In this document: positions 13,301-26,803 of the stretch, piece after piece
How the letters are laid out: the number at the start of each line of letters is the position of its first letter
Position numbering within the stretch: the stretch's first letter is position 1
Source: Bilabrum cf. latius
Taxonomy: Eukaryota
Assembly (NCBI GenBank): GCA_965178125.1
Contig: OZ237753.1
Coordinates: 558,001 to 622,000, forward strand
Direction of reading: 5' to 3'
Length of the DNA: 64,000 bases
Notes under the pieces: model-generated
Seen by the model: the letters and a program-made list of their open reading frames with translations, nothing else
Told to the model about the DNA's origin: nothing
The model's database searches: none
Program-made: the position numbers and the translations under genes

Positions 13301-16300
13301 CGGAATCACGCCAGCTCTAGACACGATGGACGCGATCTCGCTAGGCGACACCACAGCCGTGAAAGCATCCCTCTGTCCCACCAGTCCCAGGGTGTCCACA
13401 AAGAAGGAGAACTCGAGCGGGAAGTCTTCCGCTGCATCGATCCATCCATCTGTGGATACACGCACCGTGTCCAGCAAGGCGCGCGGGATGGTCCGGTTGG
13501 ATCCCACCAGGCCATTCAACTCAACCTGACCCGGCCGCGGTGGGGTGTTCACAACAAGGGTGATATCGGCGGACACGGTCGCGTCTCCAGATGCCAACAG
13601 CTCGGCACTCACAGATGCCAGCGAGGACTCTACACGGAATGTGTACGTGGCTCCCGCCTGCAGCACGCCCGCTCGCAGCACCATGCTGCGGGCCGTTGGT
13701 GACGTCAGGATCGCACCACCGCCAGGAGTTGCCATAGTCGAGTTCACCTGTCGCAGCCCCGGAATCCCAGGCCCGCTTACTTGCGTCCACAGCAGGGTCA
13801 GGCCCTCTTCCTGCACGGAGATCCTCGCATCCTGAGGGGCAATGCCATTCACCACTGCATCCAGCACGGTCTTCACGGATGGCGATACCACCGTGTTGCC
13901 TCCTTCTGCCGACAGCCGAGTCAGTCTCGTCCGCAACGCGTTCACCTCGACTGAGGGCAGACCCGGCAGTGCCACCGTGACCCGACTGCTGGTCTGGCTC
14001 GTGACTAGAGTGGCTGCATCAATAGATGATACCAGAGCCTGTGATTGCAGCATGCGAGTCGTAGCGTGCAGCTCTCGCCTGCCGGTCTCGTTCAGAGTCA
14101 CTAAGCCTGACGATGCATTCACCGACAGTACCAGCCGCTGACCTGCGAACGACGCAGCCGTCGCAGTCGGTACCTGAATCGAAGCCACAGTCGTGGGCTA
14201 GCCATTGCCCGGCACCAGCTCGGGACAGGCCGCCTATGTCGTGCCTCCACTCGGCGTGGCAACGCACGACCACTGGTACACCTGAATGGGCACCTATCTC
14301 CCCACATCATACCCAGGATCAAGCGCAGTGCCAGTAGTATCGAAGTCAGGATCCACGCCGGTGCTGGCACCTCGCCCCGCCCCAGCGCCCATACTGAAGC
14401 CCAGCTCAGATGACACCGTCCTGTCTCCGCCACTCACGCCCATCCGCAGCTGAGATCTACGAATGCCCACACCTACCAGGCTCCAACCCTCAGCCAACTA
14501 CTCCCCAGAGCCCAGCACATTCTACACAGCCCCATCTGCACCCACAAGCACAGGGGTGGCCCTCACTGCGAACAAGTACCCGTGCCGCACCCGCAGCGCG
14601 GAGGCAGGGATGGTCAAGCTGGCGCTCCCAAGCGAGGACTCACCCCGAGAGAGCCGACGGAACCAAGCACTGGCGGACATGTCGTGGGCTGCTACCCGGC
14701 CGCCCAGCGCATCCACATCCTCACGGGCGTTCGATACATCGAATGCAGCGAATGGGGCAGTGGCTCGAAGGGAAGCCAGCCTTCGAGATGGCTGGGCAGC
14801 TGTGGCTGGAACCGTCCGTGCTGTGTCAGATCCTGCAGATAGCCAGCGGCCAGAGAGCTCTGATGCTGCGATGCCAGCCTTCTCGATTTGCTCACGAAGG
14901 CTGGGCTGTCGAACCAGTGAATCACCACTCCCGAATTCATCATCACTACCCCAGCCGCAGTACTCTTGGCCAACACAACCATGGTTCATGGACTATTCGT
15001 CAGCCTCTTCATCCTCAACGGTACCAAACATGGCATCCCACCAGCTCTGCAGGAGCGTGCGAGACCTTCGGACTCTAGTGTTCGGACCATTGATGGGGTC
15101 ATCAAAGCCGGGAATGCCAGGACCATTGATGGGATCGTCAAAGCCGGGTATGCCAGGACCATTGATGGGGTCATCCAAGCCGGGGCCGCCAGGACCATTG
15201 ATGGGGTCATCCAAGCCGGGGCCGCCAGGACCATTGATGGGATCATCCAAGCCGGGGCCGCCAGGATCATTGATGGGATCATCCAAGCCTGGGTCACCAA
15301 TTTGCCCACCACCACCGGACGAGGTTGGCGATGGCGTGGTGCTGGGAATTTGCGATACAATGGAGGTGGAGCTGGTGGCAGTCGCTGTGGCAGAAGCAGA
15401 TGAAGATGACGACGCTGATGGAGATACATTTGCTGACGGCGTAGTGGCAGCTGATGCAGTCCCTGTTGATGAGGGTGTTCCAGACGCGCTCGGCGTGTTT
15501 GACGGTGTGGGGCTGGAGGAAGGCTACCCCAGCCCATCCTGCACACCGGTCAAGTAAGAGGTCACATCCGTGTATCCTCTTACCCCTGATCGTGATACAA
15601 GCGATCCAGACCCGACAGATACCAGCCTTGACGGATCCAGAGCCAGCGCCCTGTCCTGCACAGAGGCCACTTGCACCCAGTCGAATGCCAGCGCAAGTCG
15701 GCTCCCAGCAGGCACTTGCACTCCCGTGGATCCGCACATCTCAGGCTGGGGCCCAAGCTACAGCTTCTGTGTGCGGCCTGCCACAACAGCACTAGTATTG
15801 CGCGGGGTCAGCACTGGTCGAGGCACACCTACGCTCGTCACAGCCAAGGACGCAATGCTGCCCCGAGTGCTGATCCCAAGAGGGCTGCTCGAGTCCAATC
15901 CCCGACTCGCGTCCCTTGCACGCAGCTTGACCTCGAATACCACACGCTGCCCCAGGCCCACCCGCGGCAGTGCCAGCAAAGAAGCATCCAGCGCCTGTGT
16001 TGCCTGCAAGTTGCGCTGGCCTGCGTCCGATGCAGCCACTACTGGCAGCACCAGTGCATCACTGCTTGCAAAGCTTGGCACAGATGCAAGGCCTTGCAGT
16101 GCAGATGCCAGCCGAGCCACGGCTAGCCGCACATCTGCAGACCCCGCATCTGGCGAGCTGGGATGCACGCCCACGAACCACTCGTACCGCAAGCCTTCCC
16201 CGCTGCCATGGGCAAGCACCCTGCTGCCTGTAGCCGACAACTCTACCATGCCATCGCAGTAGTCCAGCAGATACGAGCCAGATGTCACAGATGCTGAAAC

Positions 16301-19300
16301 TACCGGAGCTGGTCCTGGCGTACTGCTAGGCGTGCTGGATGGTTGTACTGACTGTGAGCTGGAGGCCGATGGACTGGCTGTGATGGAGACTGCTGGCGAC
16401 GCTGATGGTGTGGCACTGGGGAAGGCCGCGCTCAGGAACACCACCTCCACTGACCCGCTGAACTGCGCGCCCACCGTGGAGCCCGGCCGGCCGATCACCA
16501 GGTCGCTCCGTCCATCCCCATTCAGGTCAGGCATCACCGCCACTGAGGCTCCGAACGTATCGAAGTCGGACACCAGCCGAGACAGGAATCCAGATGTCGC
16601 ACTGCCTATCACCTGGTGACTCTGTACAGGCACTGTTGTGCCATTGGACCGATCCAGAAACAGCAAGTACACCACGCCTCTGTCCGTGCCCCCTCCTGCA
16701 TCCAATGGAGCCCCCACAGCCAGGTCGTACTGGCCATCACCATCCATGTCACCAGCAGACTACACGGCGAATCCGAAGAATGACCCTTGCGACACGGACC
16801 CGTCCTGCACTCCTCCCTTCCCATTCGAGATCTGCACGATGCGTGCGTCACCGTCAGTCCTCAAAGCCCCATCCCGACCCAGGGGAGCCAGCAACACAGC
16901 ATCGCTCCCAGGCGCGCCCAGTACCAGATCCACAGGGCCCGCCCCATCGAAAGGAGGCAGCGCTGACATGGATGTGCCCAGACTCAGAAGCGGCAGCCCA
17001 GGTGCATCGAAGCCCTCCCCCGCTGCTGGGCTCAGTCGAGTAAAGGAGCGCACAGTGTCATTCGCGCGCATGAACAAGACGTAGATCAGCCCGTACCCAG
17101 GCCCCCCCAGCACTATGTCATGCAGCCCATCACCATCCACATCCCCTGCATCGCCAGTCACGCCACCGCCCAGCGATGTCAGTGCATCCGCGAAGCCTTC
17201 AAAGCCGCCCTCGCCGTCAGCCCCTATGATCACATGGCTCTTGTACATACCATTCGGCCTCAGTCGAATCACCCACAGCCTGCCTTCAGGGTTGGCCGTG
17301 CCTCCCTTGGGTTGGCCAACAAGCAGACGCACCAGATCGGGATCCTCGCCCAGCGGCTACCGTATTGCTCCCAGCCGGGCACCCTCCATCGTCACCCCAG
17401 TGTCACTCGACAAACCCAGCAAAGCAGAGTCCGAGTCCATCACGAAGCTCGCTTTGACGGTTCCGTTGGCCGCCATGCGGAACACCGCCACCAAGCCAGG
17501 AGCCACAGTTCCAGTCCCAGTCGCAGACACAGCAAGGTCCTCCACACCATCCCCATCGATGTCCCCGAGGTTCGCCATGGAAGAGCCAAAGGCGCCCTGT
17601 ACCACAGCCACAGTAGACGGGGCGCCGCCCGTGGATCCGCCGATCGTTTGCTGACCCAGCACGGTGCCGGGTGCAGCAGGACTGGGCGTGCTGGAGGCTG
17701 TCGGGGACACGGATGGAGTGGTGCCAGACGTCGGACTGCTTGACGGGCTTGCGCTGGGTGTGGGAGTGATAGACGGTTGCACGCCCCCCATGAACATCAC
17801 CACCACCGCACCTGCAAACTGCGTGCCCCCGGATCGACCGCCTACAACCAAATCAGTTGTGCCGTCTCCATCCAGATCGCCCACGTTTGCAATCCCAGAC
17901 CCGAATCTCATACCCGAAGTCACGATTCCACTCCCCAGGCCACTTGAGCTGCTCCCAAGACGACTGATGCCCACCACTGGCTCTAGGGTGGCATTGCGGC
18001 GGTCCAGAAACAGCAGGAACAAAGCGCCTCGCTGATGTCCATCCGTGATGTCCTCGTTGGCCCCCACGGCCAGGTCCTCATGCCCGTCACCGTTGATGTC
18101 CCCGATGCTTGCCATGCTTATACCGAACCTGGAGTCAACTGCAATCGTGTTAGCCGGCACGCCGCCGCGTCCATCTGCGATCACCGTCCAATTGCCGCCT
18201 GCCTATCCACTGCTGTTGAGTGGAAGCAGCACGATCATGTCGGACCCAGGAAGCGACATGGCAAGGTCCACGGGGCCTGGACTAGTCCCAGCAGGAGACA
18301 GCGCAGCAACAGCCTACCCAAGAAACTGATGAGATGGAGACAGGCCCTGCAAGCCCTCGCCTGCAGCCCGGCTGATTTGTGTGTGAGACCTCACCGTGTC
18401 ATCTGCAGCCATCAGCAGGATGTGCACGCTGCCATCATTAGATCCAACTGCATCGTCCAAATGCATTCCTACGGCCAAGTCATTCAGTGCATCCCCATCC
18501 ACGTCCCCAAGAGTGGCGAGGCCCTCACCAAACAGCGATGCCGGCTCAAACAGCGAGGATGGCAAGCCGCCCTCTCCCTGACCGATCCGCTGGTGATGCG
18601 CCACTGTCGCATTGGGAAGCAGTCGTAGCACCCAGACCCGGCCGGCGTTCACCGAGGCGCTGTCGAATTGTGGCTGACCCACCACCAGCCGCAGCAGCTG
18701 GCCCTCGTCCCCAGCTGGTTGATCCATCGCCACCAGGTTGGCACCGAACCATCCCTCCCCAAGTTCACTGGGCTCGAAGTCAAACCCGCTCGAGTTCTGA
18801 CCAGCCCCGATCTCAACATGACTCTTTACCGTCCCGTTCCGGTGCAGATACAGCACAAACACAGTACCTAAGTTGTCAACGGCATCCATGCCTGTCCCCG
18901 GTGCACCGACAGCGATGTCAGGGGTGTCGTCTTGATCAAGATCACCCAGGCTCGCCACACCGTCCCCGAAATAGTCCCATCCCAAGTGGACTCCTGAAGG
19001 CAGCCCGGCCTGGCCGTCTCGAATGGCGACAGACCGGACGACATCGCCGGCAGCGACTGGGCTGGTTGAAGGCGTGGGGCTCGCAGATGTGCTAGAAGAC
19101 GGCGTGGGACTAGAAGAGGGGCTGGTACTTGGAGAGGGGCTGGCTTGAGGAGCCCGTAGCCGCATAATTCCAACCTATTGGTTTGCCTCTCGAGCTGTGG
19201 CAACGTATGTATCGAGGTGACCAGCGGACAAGTACTCGAGCTTCGAAATTGCGGTCGGGTGCCTGCCAAACTCTGCAGGCACTTGCACTAATCCGGTCTG

Positions 19301-22300
19301 TCCGTGTATCCCATCCAGCTCTGTAGGAGCAGGGAGCACATGGTGGCTTGACGCTGTTTGAAGGTTGATAGGATCCAGCTCAACGACGACCAGCAAGGTT
19401 CCCTCACAGCCCACGATCAACTCAGGCTGGCCATCTCCAGTCAGGTCGCTCATCTCCAGGCCGCGATAGCATATCGTCTCAGCATCTGGCAAGCCAAACT
19501 CAATCTAGCTCCCAAGGAATGATGTCAGCAGTCTATGCGTCTGGTTTATCCCCAGTCCAGTCTCATTCAGAACGGCTAAATGCAGCTGATGCTCGGATGC
19601 GGTGTCCTGGGACGACACCGCCAGCAGTCCCCGGAAAGATCCAGAGCTCGGGTGCCAGATCGATCCAACCGTTGATGACATCACCAGGCCAAGGCGTTCT
19701 TCGCTCTCAGGCATGCCTGCCATGATTTGATATCCGCCTGAAACCCCAAATGACTCAGTTTGAACCTTAAAGGCGACCACGGCGCCGGATCTGGCGTTGG
19801 CGCCCGGTGCGCCTACGTACAACATGTTCCCCTCTGGCCAGTAGGACAAAGTCAGCCCAAAATAGCAATCAATTTCCGGAATTGAGATATCAGGATCTTG
19901 GATGTCCGAGACGCCGTAGGTAGCCACTGATTCCACCTCAAAAAAGCCACCGGTCGATACTTCACACACTTGCACCAATGCAAAGCCGCCGCTTCGGGCT
20001 AGGGACAGACTGTCATCGCCCGCAAGAGGCATGCCGGCAGCAAATGTGGTACACCACAGAGCTGGGCTTGCTGATTTCAGGTACCCGCCGCCCACACCAA
20101 CTAGGGAGTGGCCGAAAAGGCTGCCCAACTGAATGTCTGGCTAGCCGAGCCCACTGGTAACATCTGGTTCCAAGACGGTTGTCGGACCACTGGGCAGGCC
20201 AGTGGAAGCATTGACCGGGGAAATGTACACCTTGCTGGTTATTCCGACGAATTGCAGGAATCGACGACCAATTGGATTCCAGCGCGTCGTTGCACCATTA
20301 GATGCCTGAGCCCGTCGATTCTGCCCTTGGAGTGGAATCTCACCTCTTGATCTGCTAAAGAAATCGGGGATACCATACATATCCGAATACATTTCCAAAT
20401 CAAAATCGTCCGCCACCTCTTCCGGCTCAACGTGCTGCTCTGAGCTCAAAAGGGCAACCCTTTCACCGTACTGAACACTGCCGAGAGAGTACCCGTACCC
20501 AGTGCCTGTGCTAGCTGGGCGCATGGCAGCAGACGAGTTCTCTAGCAATGCAGTCATCGTCAGGTTCCAGTGCGTGTTGCTCTGCACACCCGGAGTCGAA
20601 CTTGGCGTGATACTTGGCGATGGTGTCACACTGGGCGACGGTGTAGATGATGTGCTTGCACTTGGGCTGGGGCTCAAACTGACGGATGGCGTCGGACTAG
20701 CACTTGCAACAGCTCCTCCCATGAAGGCCACGACAACAGCACCTCGATTGCCGCCACCGGTGTCGTCTCCAGGCATTCCTAACAATAAGTCTACTCTGCC
20801 GTCACCATCGATATCAGCGTGTGAATTTCCAGCACGCATGACTCCGCCCAGCTGAACGACCCCACTCAGACCAGTGCTCAGAGCTGTCAGCTTCGCTAAT
20901 GATCGAACAGGGTCAGTCGAATTGTGCTCAGCCATGTACAGGATGTATATGGCACCGCTACTTGAGGCCCCAGTGCTGTCAAAACTCGCACTAGACACAA
21001 TGTCATCAATGCCGTCTCCATCGGTATCTCCGATGGCACCGGTCGTCAAACCAAAGCTAGATGATGCTTGTATGCTGCCAGGCGGAACGCCTCCCTTCCC
21101 GTCAGCGACTACGGAAACTGAGCCAGTGATCTGTCCAGTGCTATTCAGGGAAAATACAAGCAGCTAGGCAGGTGTTCTCGTGCCCAGAACCACGCTGACA
21201 ACGCCAGTCTCTACTCGCGGCGGCAGCACGCACAATGACAAGCCGAGGTTGGAGGCCGGCTGCAGCAGAGCATCCAGCCCTTCCCCAGTAGCTTGACTTA
21301 TCCGTTTGAGCTCTTTGACCGTGTCATCTCCGTTGAGAAACAGTAGAAACATAACGCCTCCATTCTCTGGACCAGCACTTTTGGCATCGGCAGTGACCAG
21401 CAAATCGTTGAATCCATCACCATTAATGTCACCTGTACCTCCGTGCAGTTCCTCTCCAAAGCGATCCCCGGACACTGTGGTGCCCGATGGCAGCCCACCC
21501 ACACCATTGCTGATAATTTGCGTGTGGTTCACCGTGGCGTCTGCATTCACCCGGAACACAATCACCCTACCACCAATCCCTCCAAGTCGTTCCCCTACAG
21601 CAATGCGGGGCAAGCTAGGGTCTGTACCCCAAGGCTGATCAAACCTCGACATACTGTACCCAAATTGTGCATTTAAGGCCGCGATGTAGCTGGCCCCGCC
21701 CTAGGTGCTCGAGATCTCCTGCGAGACCTTCACCGTGCCGTTGCTGTTCATCAGCAGCACCCACAGTGAGCCAGCTGAGGTTTGCCCGTCATCCGCGAAT
21801 GGTGCACCGACAGCAACATCAGAAATACCGTCTCCATCAATGTCACCGATGGCGGCTAGCTTGGTCCCAAACTAGTCAGCATTTTCTAGCAGCGGTGGGT
21901 CTGTTCCGCCGGAGTTGTGCTCGATGATTGTGGCGATGCGGACCACGCCCGGACCGGCGGGGCTTGGTGACGGCGAGGCACTGGGAGTTGGGCTCGGGGT
22001 GGGACTAGCAATCGTTCGTATATCCAGCACATGTACCGCGCCTTGTCGAGTTCCAAATCCACGAGATCCTGCCAATATCAGACCCGATACACCAAACGGA
22101 TCGGATTCCACCGGCGGCATGAAGCCCATTGACGTGGCAAACTGGTCAGAGGCATTGTACGTGCCACTTGGCAGGCCCCCCTGGCCGTTGGCAACTCGCT
22201 GCGTCAGCTGAACTGCACCCGCGCTAGCATCAAGCCTCGCCAGAACAATGTAGCCCTCCGCAAATTCCGTGAAATCTCCTGCACCAATTGCCAAGTCGAG

Positions 22301-24916
22301 TGGATCGATTCCGTCAAGGTCAACTGCAGCGAGGCCCTGACCAAGCTTTGGGACGGCGTTGAGGTCAGAAAATACGCCTCCGTTGGCAAGCGTCAGGACA
22401 TGAACAGCAGATCCATTCGATCGCAGAACCATGACCAGGACCATACCGATGCCATTCAGGTCTATTGCACCAGATGCAATCGCACTGCTGCTGTCGTCCC
22501 ACGGTCCAAGCCATGCAAGTGAGAAGCCGAGGCCGCCTTGATAAGTACTAGGAGGAACACCACCAACCCCATTGGAGAGCTCTTGAGACCGAACTACTTC
22601 CAGACTTTCGTTCCGTTGCAACACGTACACGGCGCCCGTACCCTTCACGAAGTCACCGCCAACAATCACATCTGGCACTCCATCGTGATTCACATCGCCA
22701 GAGGCTACTGATGACCCGATGCGACCGGGGTTCACATTGCCCTCAATTCCCGGGGAGCTGAGGTTGTATCGCTTGACCCTGGTAAATGAGCCATTAAGAC
22801 GTATGGTTAAGTCATAGAATACGTCATTCAGTTGGCCCACAAGCAGACGGGCCCCAGTCTCTCCTTGGTCGAGCTGTTCGAATCCCACGAAAGCCATACC
22901 ATGACCAAAGTAGTCGGACAGCGTTCTCGCGCCTGCATTCTCCGGAACTGGTGCATCGAACCCTGGACTATCTGGCGTAAACTCAATGACTTGTTTTGCA
23001 GTGTGATCATTATTTAGCAGGAAAACTAGTAGGCGGTGATCCACAGCGGCGCTGGCCACGAAGTCACCAATCCCGTCACCGTCCCAGTCACCCAGACCAG
23101 CCATGGCGACAGAGAGCTGGCCTTCATTTCGTAGCAGACCTGCAGGCACACCATTCACGCCATTGGACAGTCGTGTGGACTGAACAGCATGGAGGAACGG
23201 GGCCGGGCTTGGGGAAGGGGTGGCGCTGGGTGCGATGCCTCCGAGGGAGAGCAGTCCGATGGCGCCTCTGTCTTGGCCTCCCGTGTCGTCGAGTGGGAAG
23301 CCTGCCACAATGTCTCTGCGACCGTCACCGTTAAGGTCACTAAGCACTGCAATGGCCTTCATCCGTGTCGAGATAGGAACGTTACCGTTGAGACCCGTCC
23401 CATCAACGGTCAGCTTGGTCACAGACAGCACCGGGTCGGTCTCATTGTGGGCTGACATGAACAAGATGTAGATAGCCCCAGAGTCAGCGCCTCCATTGTC
23501 AGTCCCAGCGCTCGACGTAATGATATCTGCTGCCCCATTCCCGTCCATGTCGCCTGCTAAGCACAGAGGAAGACCGAAGTCAGCGTTAAAGTCCATCAAT
23601 CCGAATGGAAACCCCCCCGTACCCTCAGTGATCAGCTGGGCCCCTAGTGCAACGATCCCCCCTCCCTGCTGCAGGTGCAGCACCAACAGGCCATCTTGGT
23701 TGCCTACAAAGACATACGTCATTAAAGCCACCGGGAAGGACTCATTCCGAGGAGGCAATGCCACAAGCCCCCCCCCAATCCGGCTATACAGACCGAGCTG
23801 GCTCTCCGGGAGCATGTCCAGGCCCTCGCCGGTGGCCTGGCTGTGCCGTAGCACACTCTTGACCGTGTCGTTGCCGTGCATGAGTAGCACAAAGATGGCA
23901 CCGCTGTCCGTGTTTCCCAGGTCAGACTTCCAAGCGCCCACTACGATGTCGTTCAGACCGTCTCCGTCCAGATCGCCCAAGGCGCCCTCCACGGCCACGC
24001 CGAACTCGTCGCCTTGGCTGGTTGTGCCTGCGGGTAGCCCGTTTTCACCGTTTGATAGGATGGTCTCGTGACCCACGGTGCCATCCGAGAGCAATCGAAA
24101 CACCACGACCTTACCCGAGTCGACAGCGTTGGGCTCGTCACACAAGCGGCAACCCGCGACAAGCCGCAGCTGCTCAGGTGACGACCCGAGCGGCTGATCG
24201 AGCACGGAAAGGGAATTTCCAATGGTGTCGCTACTCGATGTTGCGTATGACATCCCTCCCTCGGTGTCACTGATCTTCTGGTGGTGCTTCACGGTCCCAT
24301 TGCCGTGCATGAACAGCACCCACAGCGCGCCCGCGTTCGTCTGGCCGTCGTCGTCATGCAGCGCCTGCACGACCAGATCGACCACACCGTCGCCGTCCAG
24401 GTCGCCTAAAGCGGTACCTGCAGACCCGAATCGGTCATCGTTGTCGAGGAGGTCCGAAGGAAACCCCCCGAACCCATTTCCAACAAGCTTGGTGTCGATG
24501 ACAGCTCCAGCTGCGGCAGGAGACGGGCTCGCAGAAGCTTGCAGACGACGTGGTGCTCCAAGTTCGTTTGCGATGGCATTCCACTCGAATCGGGTTCTGC
24601 TAGGATCGGATTCGGGCAGCAACAGTGCACCTCGATGCAGTCCGAACTTGGCGTTGCTCGGCTATGGCCCCCAGGGCAACTGAAATTGTGAGAGTGCTTC
24701 AGACTTGTCAGGTATCTTTTCGGTATGCTCATTTATCGCCTGTCGTTCGCCGTGAGAGCCCCACAATATTCTTGAGATCCAGCTGCTTTCCCTGGGTTCA
24801 CGAGAGGATGGCAATGCTGCACCATCTACCGCTGCTACAAGCTGACAAGCAAGTATGACACCAATTATTTTGATAACAAGGCAGAATCCATTGCTTGGAA
24901 ATTCAGTAATCTTCAT
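7307..24916 (-). CDS. Gene B: giant (~5,869 aa) intronless FG-GAP-propeller / REJ / GPS / multi-TM polycystin-1-like adhesion receptor, TAG read as Gln
   Basis: All minus-strand pieces from 24662 to 7349 share one frame, separated by about 30 TAGs, ending at TGA 7307-09. ATG 24916 gives a signal-peptide-like MKITEFPSNGFCLVIKIIGVILACQLVAA. Many GDLDGDG..DLAVGA FG-GAP repeats with PSPSPS linkers lie at 16400-24500. The C-terminal ~2,380 aa are the paralog of gene A; GPS HL/T lies at about 11615-11623. Confidence 0.88.
15084..15292 (-). repeat. 36-bp coding tandem repeat, about 6 copies, encoding G[LF]DDPINGPG[GI]P in gene B
   Basis: Unit ggaccattgatggggtcatccaagccggggccgcca is directly visible. 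It sits next to a Ser/Thr-rich stalk segment. Confidence 0.95.
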
Positions 24917-25286
24917 TATCTGAGAAGAAGCTGCTACCGTTGGCTTTCTTCGAGTGCCCCGCCTGTGCTCTGGAATAAACACCAATCCAACCTCAGATAT
25001 TGACTTGTTTTTAATTTGCAAGTTAGCGTGGTGACACGCGCACAGCTTATCGCTGCAGCAATCAACTGGGTGAGACAGAGCCAGATATGCTGGGCCCAGA
25101 ACGTGGGATTTTGCCCTTTGGAGCGCCAACTGCAGTCAAAAGTATCCAGAATCCCCACTTGATCGAACTTAATTCAAGCAGAATGTATCCCTGGCAACTT
25201 TTAGCCGGTGTTTTGTTCGATTTTCTTTCTTGCGAGGAGGCCGTCTTGTTGGTCGCAAGCATCGATTGTTTTGATCTTCTTCTTGA

Positions 25287-26735
25287 AGTTCTGCACCGTT
25301 GGGTCATTCACCTCGAGATTTGGGCTGTGAACGCCCACAACGTGTGGACACCATGTTCCTTGGGGCCACCATGCTCCGACACCTCATCTGGGCACCGAGC
25401 GCCCTGACAAGAGCGGATCTCGCTACATACCGGGCAGCAGTGGACCGGATCAGTGAGGACTCCTTCGACCTCATTAGATACTCACTGTGGAAGCTGATGG
25501 AAACGAACGAAATCTAGGGGACCAACCTTCCATGTGGGCCCCTCAGAAACATGGCAGCCATCCTCGTGCAGACACATGGCAATGCCTTGTAGGTGCTCAA
25601 TCTAAGGACAACCACCAAGACAGACCGAGCGGTCCATACCGAGAGCTTCAAGGCCGTGCTGCACCATCGCAGTCTGGATAGATAGTGCCCGAAAATGCAC
25701 GAGACAAGCTCGCATGCTGAAAAGTACGCAAGGCTCTTCGATAAACACCCAGGTGGAAGGCGTGCGGGACTATGCGACTTACTTGGAGTCTCCCATGCAC
25801 AGTGGTTTGGACCGAAGTGCATCCCACGAACGGTACGTACGGGACTGCCGGGAGCCGATTCTCGTCGTCTCCTCCGAAGACTGACAGGATACTACCCTAG
25901 GGCCTGCAGTGCCTCGGACAAGACCAAGGAACACGTCCTGGAATGCATGACGCAAGCAGAGTCCCTGCACAGCGCTTCAACAATTCCATGGCAGGCCACT
26001 GAGGCAGGCAGGAAAACGTGGATCAACAGTGTGACAAGCACGGACCCATGGCTCGCGAATGAACCCACAATCCGGGAGAAGCTGAGTGAGGTGGATCGCC
26101 GCAGTACGTGGTCTCTGAAACGTCTCATTCGACACTTCCTCGCAAGGAATCCGGAGCTGGACACTACTTGCCCGCAGATTGCAGCTGTACAAGCCTTCCT
26201 CGAGGAGTCTCCGACTGTTCGCCGCAAGGCACTCTCCCTGGGAATACCCTTACCGCTGGCTATCTCCTGCCAGATACCCGGGGTGGAGACAAGCATTGGA
26301 TCGTGGTCCTCTGGCTCTACCTAGCGTAAGGTGCTCAGACGCCTAGAACGCCGACTCGACAAGGCATGGACAGTTCGGCTCGCCTCGGCAGCACATGCCA
26401 CCTCACAACTCAGAGACGAATTCATGGCCACTCTATCACGCCGACGTGCGTGGTGGCGGCGACCTGAAACATTGACGGTGCAGGCAGCATCAATCGCGAT
26501 CTGCCCATCACCGTTCGCGTTCCCCAGATACTAAAGCAGTTTTGGGGGATACCGGTGCCACAGCGACCGCTGTGGTTGGGTGCGAGGGCTTGTCCCGCAA
26601 CAACCCGCCTGTTTGGATTTCTGCTTTTACTATGTTAGGTGTTCTACCGCACAGTTTTTCGGATTTTCGAGTTGTGTGTTTGTACACTATCGTGAATTGC
26701 ATCTTAAACCAGAATTTCCTTCCTTCCTTCCTTCC
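25287..26735 (+). mobile_element. Probable 5'-truncated non-LTR (LINE-like) retrotransposon remnant
   Basis: ORF pieces 25299, 25695 and 26331 join through 4 TAGs into one frame from 25287 to TAA 26532-34 (~415 codons). The frame contains RLLRRLTGYYPRACSASDKTKEHVLEC, which resembles the degenerate Cys/His knuckle found C-terminal of LINE reverse transcriptases. A T-rich 3' region and a (TTCC)5 tail follow. No RT catalytic motif is seen. Confidence 0.4.
26716..26735 (+). repeat. (TTCC)5 microsatellite
   Basis: ttccttccttccttccttcc is directly visible. Confidence 0.9.
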
Positions 26736-26803
26736 TTTCATTCTCGGCCAATTCAAGGATATAATTAGCAACCAAGAAGCCCAACTTGAGACTCGAAATC
26801 CAG

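Larger units (their letters stand above)
1..14457. repeat. Large inverted duplication: arms 1-7151 and 7307-14457, centre about 7229
   Basis: ORF pairs map as x to 14458-x (25..339 with 14119..14433; 270 with 14188; 6663..7109 with 7349..7795), so no net indel is visible. Translations are near-identical with scattered substitutions. The left arm is cut by the window edge. Confidence 0.97.

Noticed and set aside
1-14457. Inverted repeat as an amplification fold-back or assembly artefact
   Set aside because: Arms differ by many substitutions, have separately diverged but protein-conserving 3' ends with different stop codons, and flank a unique spacer. Long reads would still be the decisive test.
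14410-15557. Plus-strand ORFs with PGPLMGSSK or ARTIDGVIQAG repeats
   Set aside because: Antisense readings of the 36-bp repeat inside gene B, whose minus frame is continuous on both sides.
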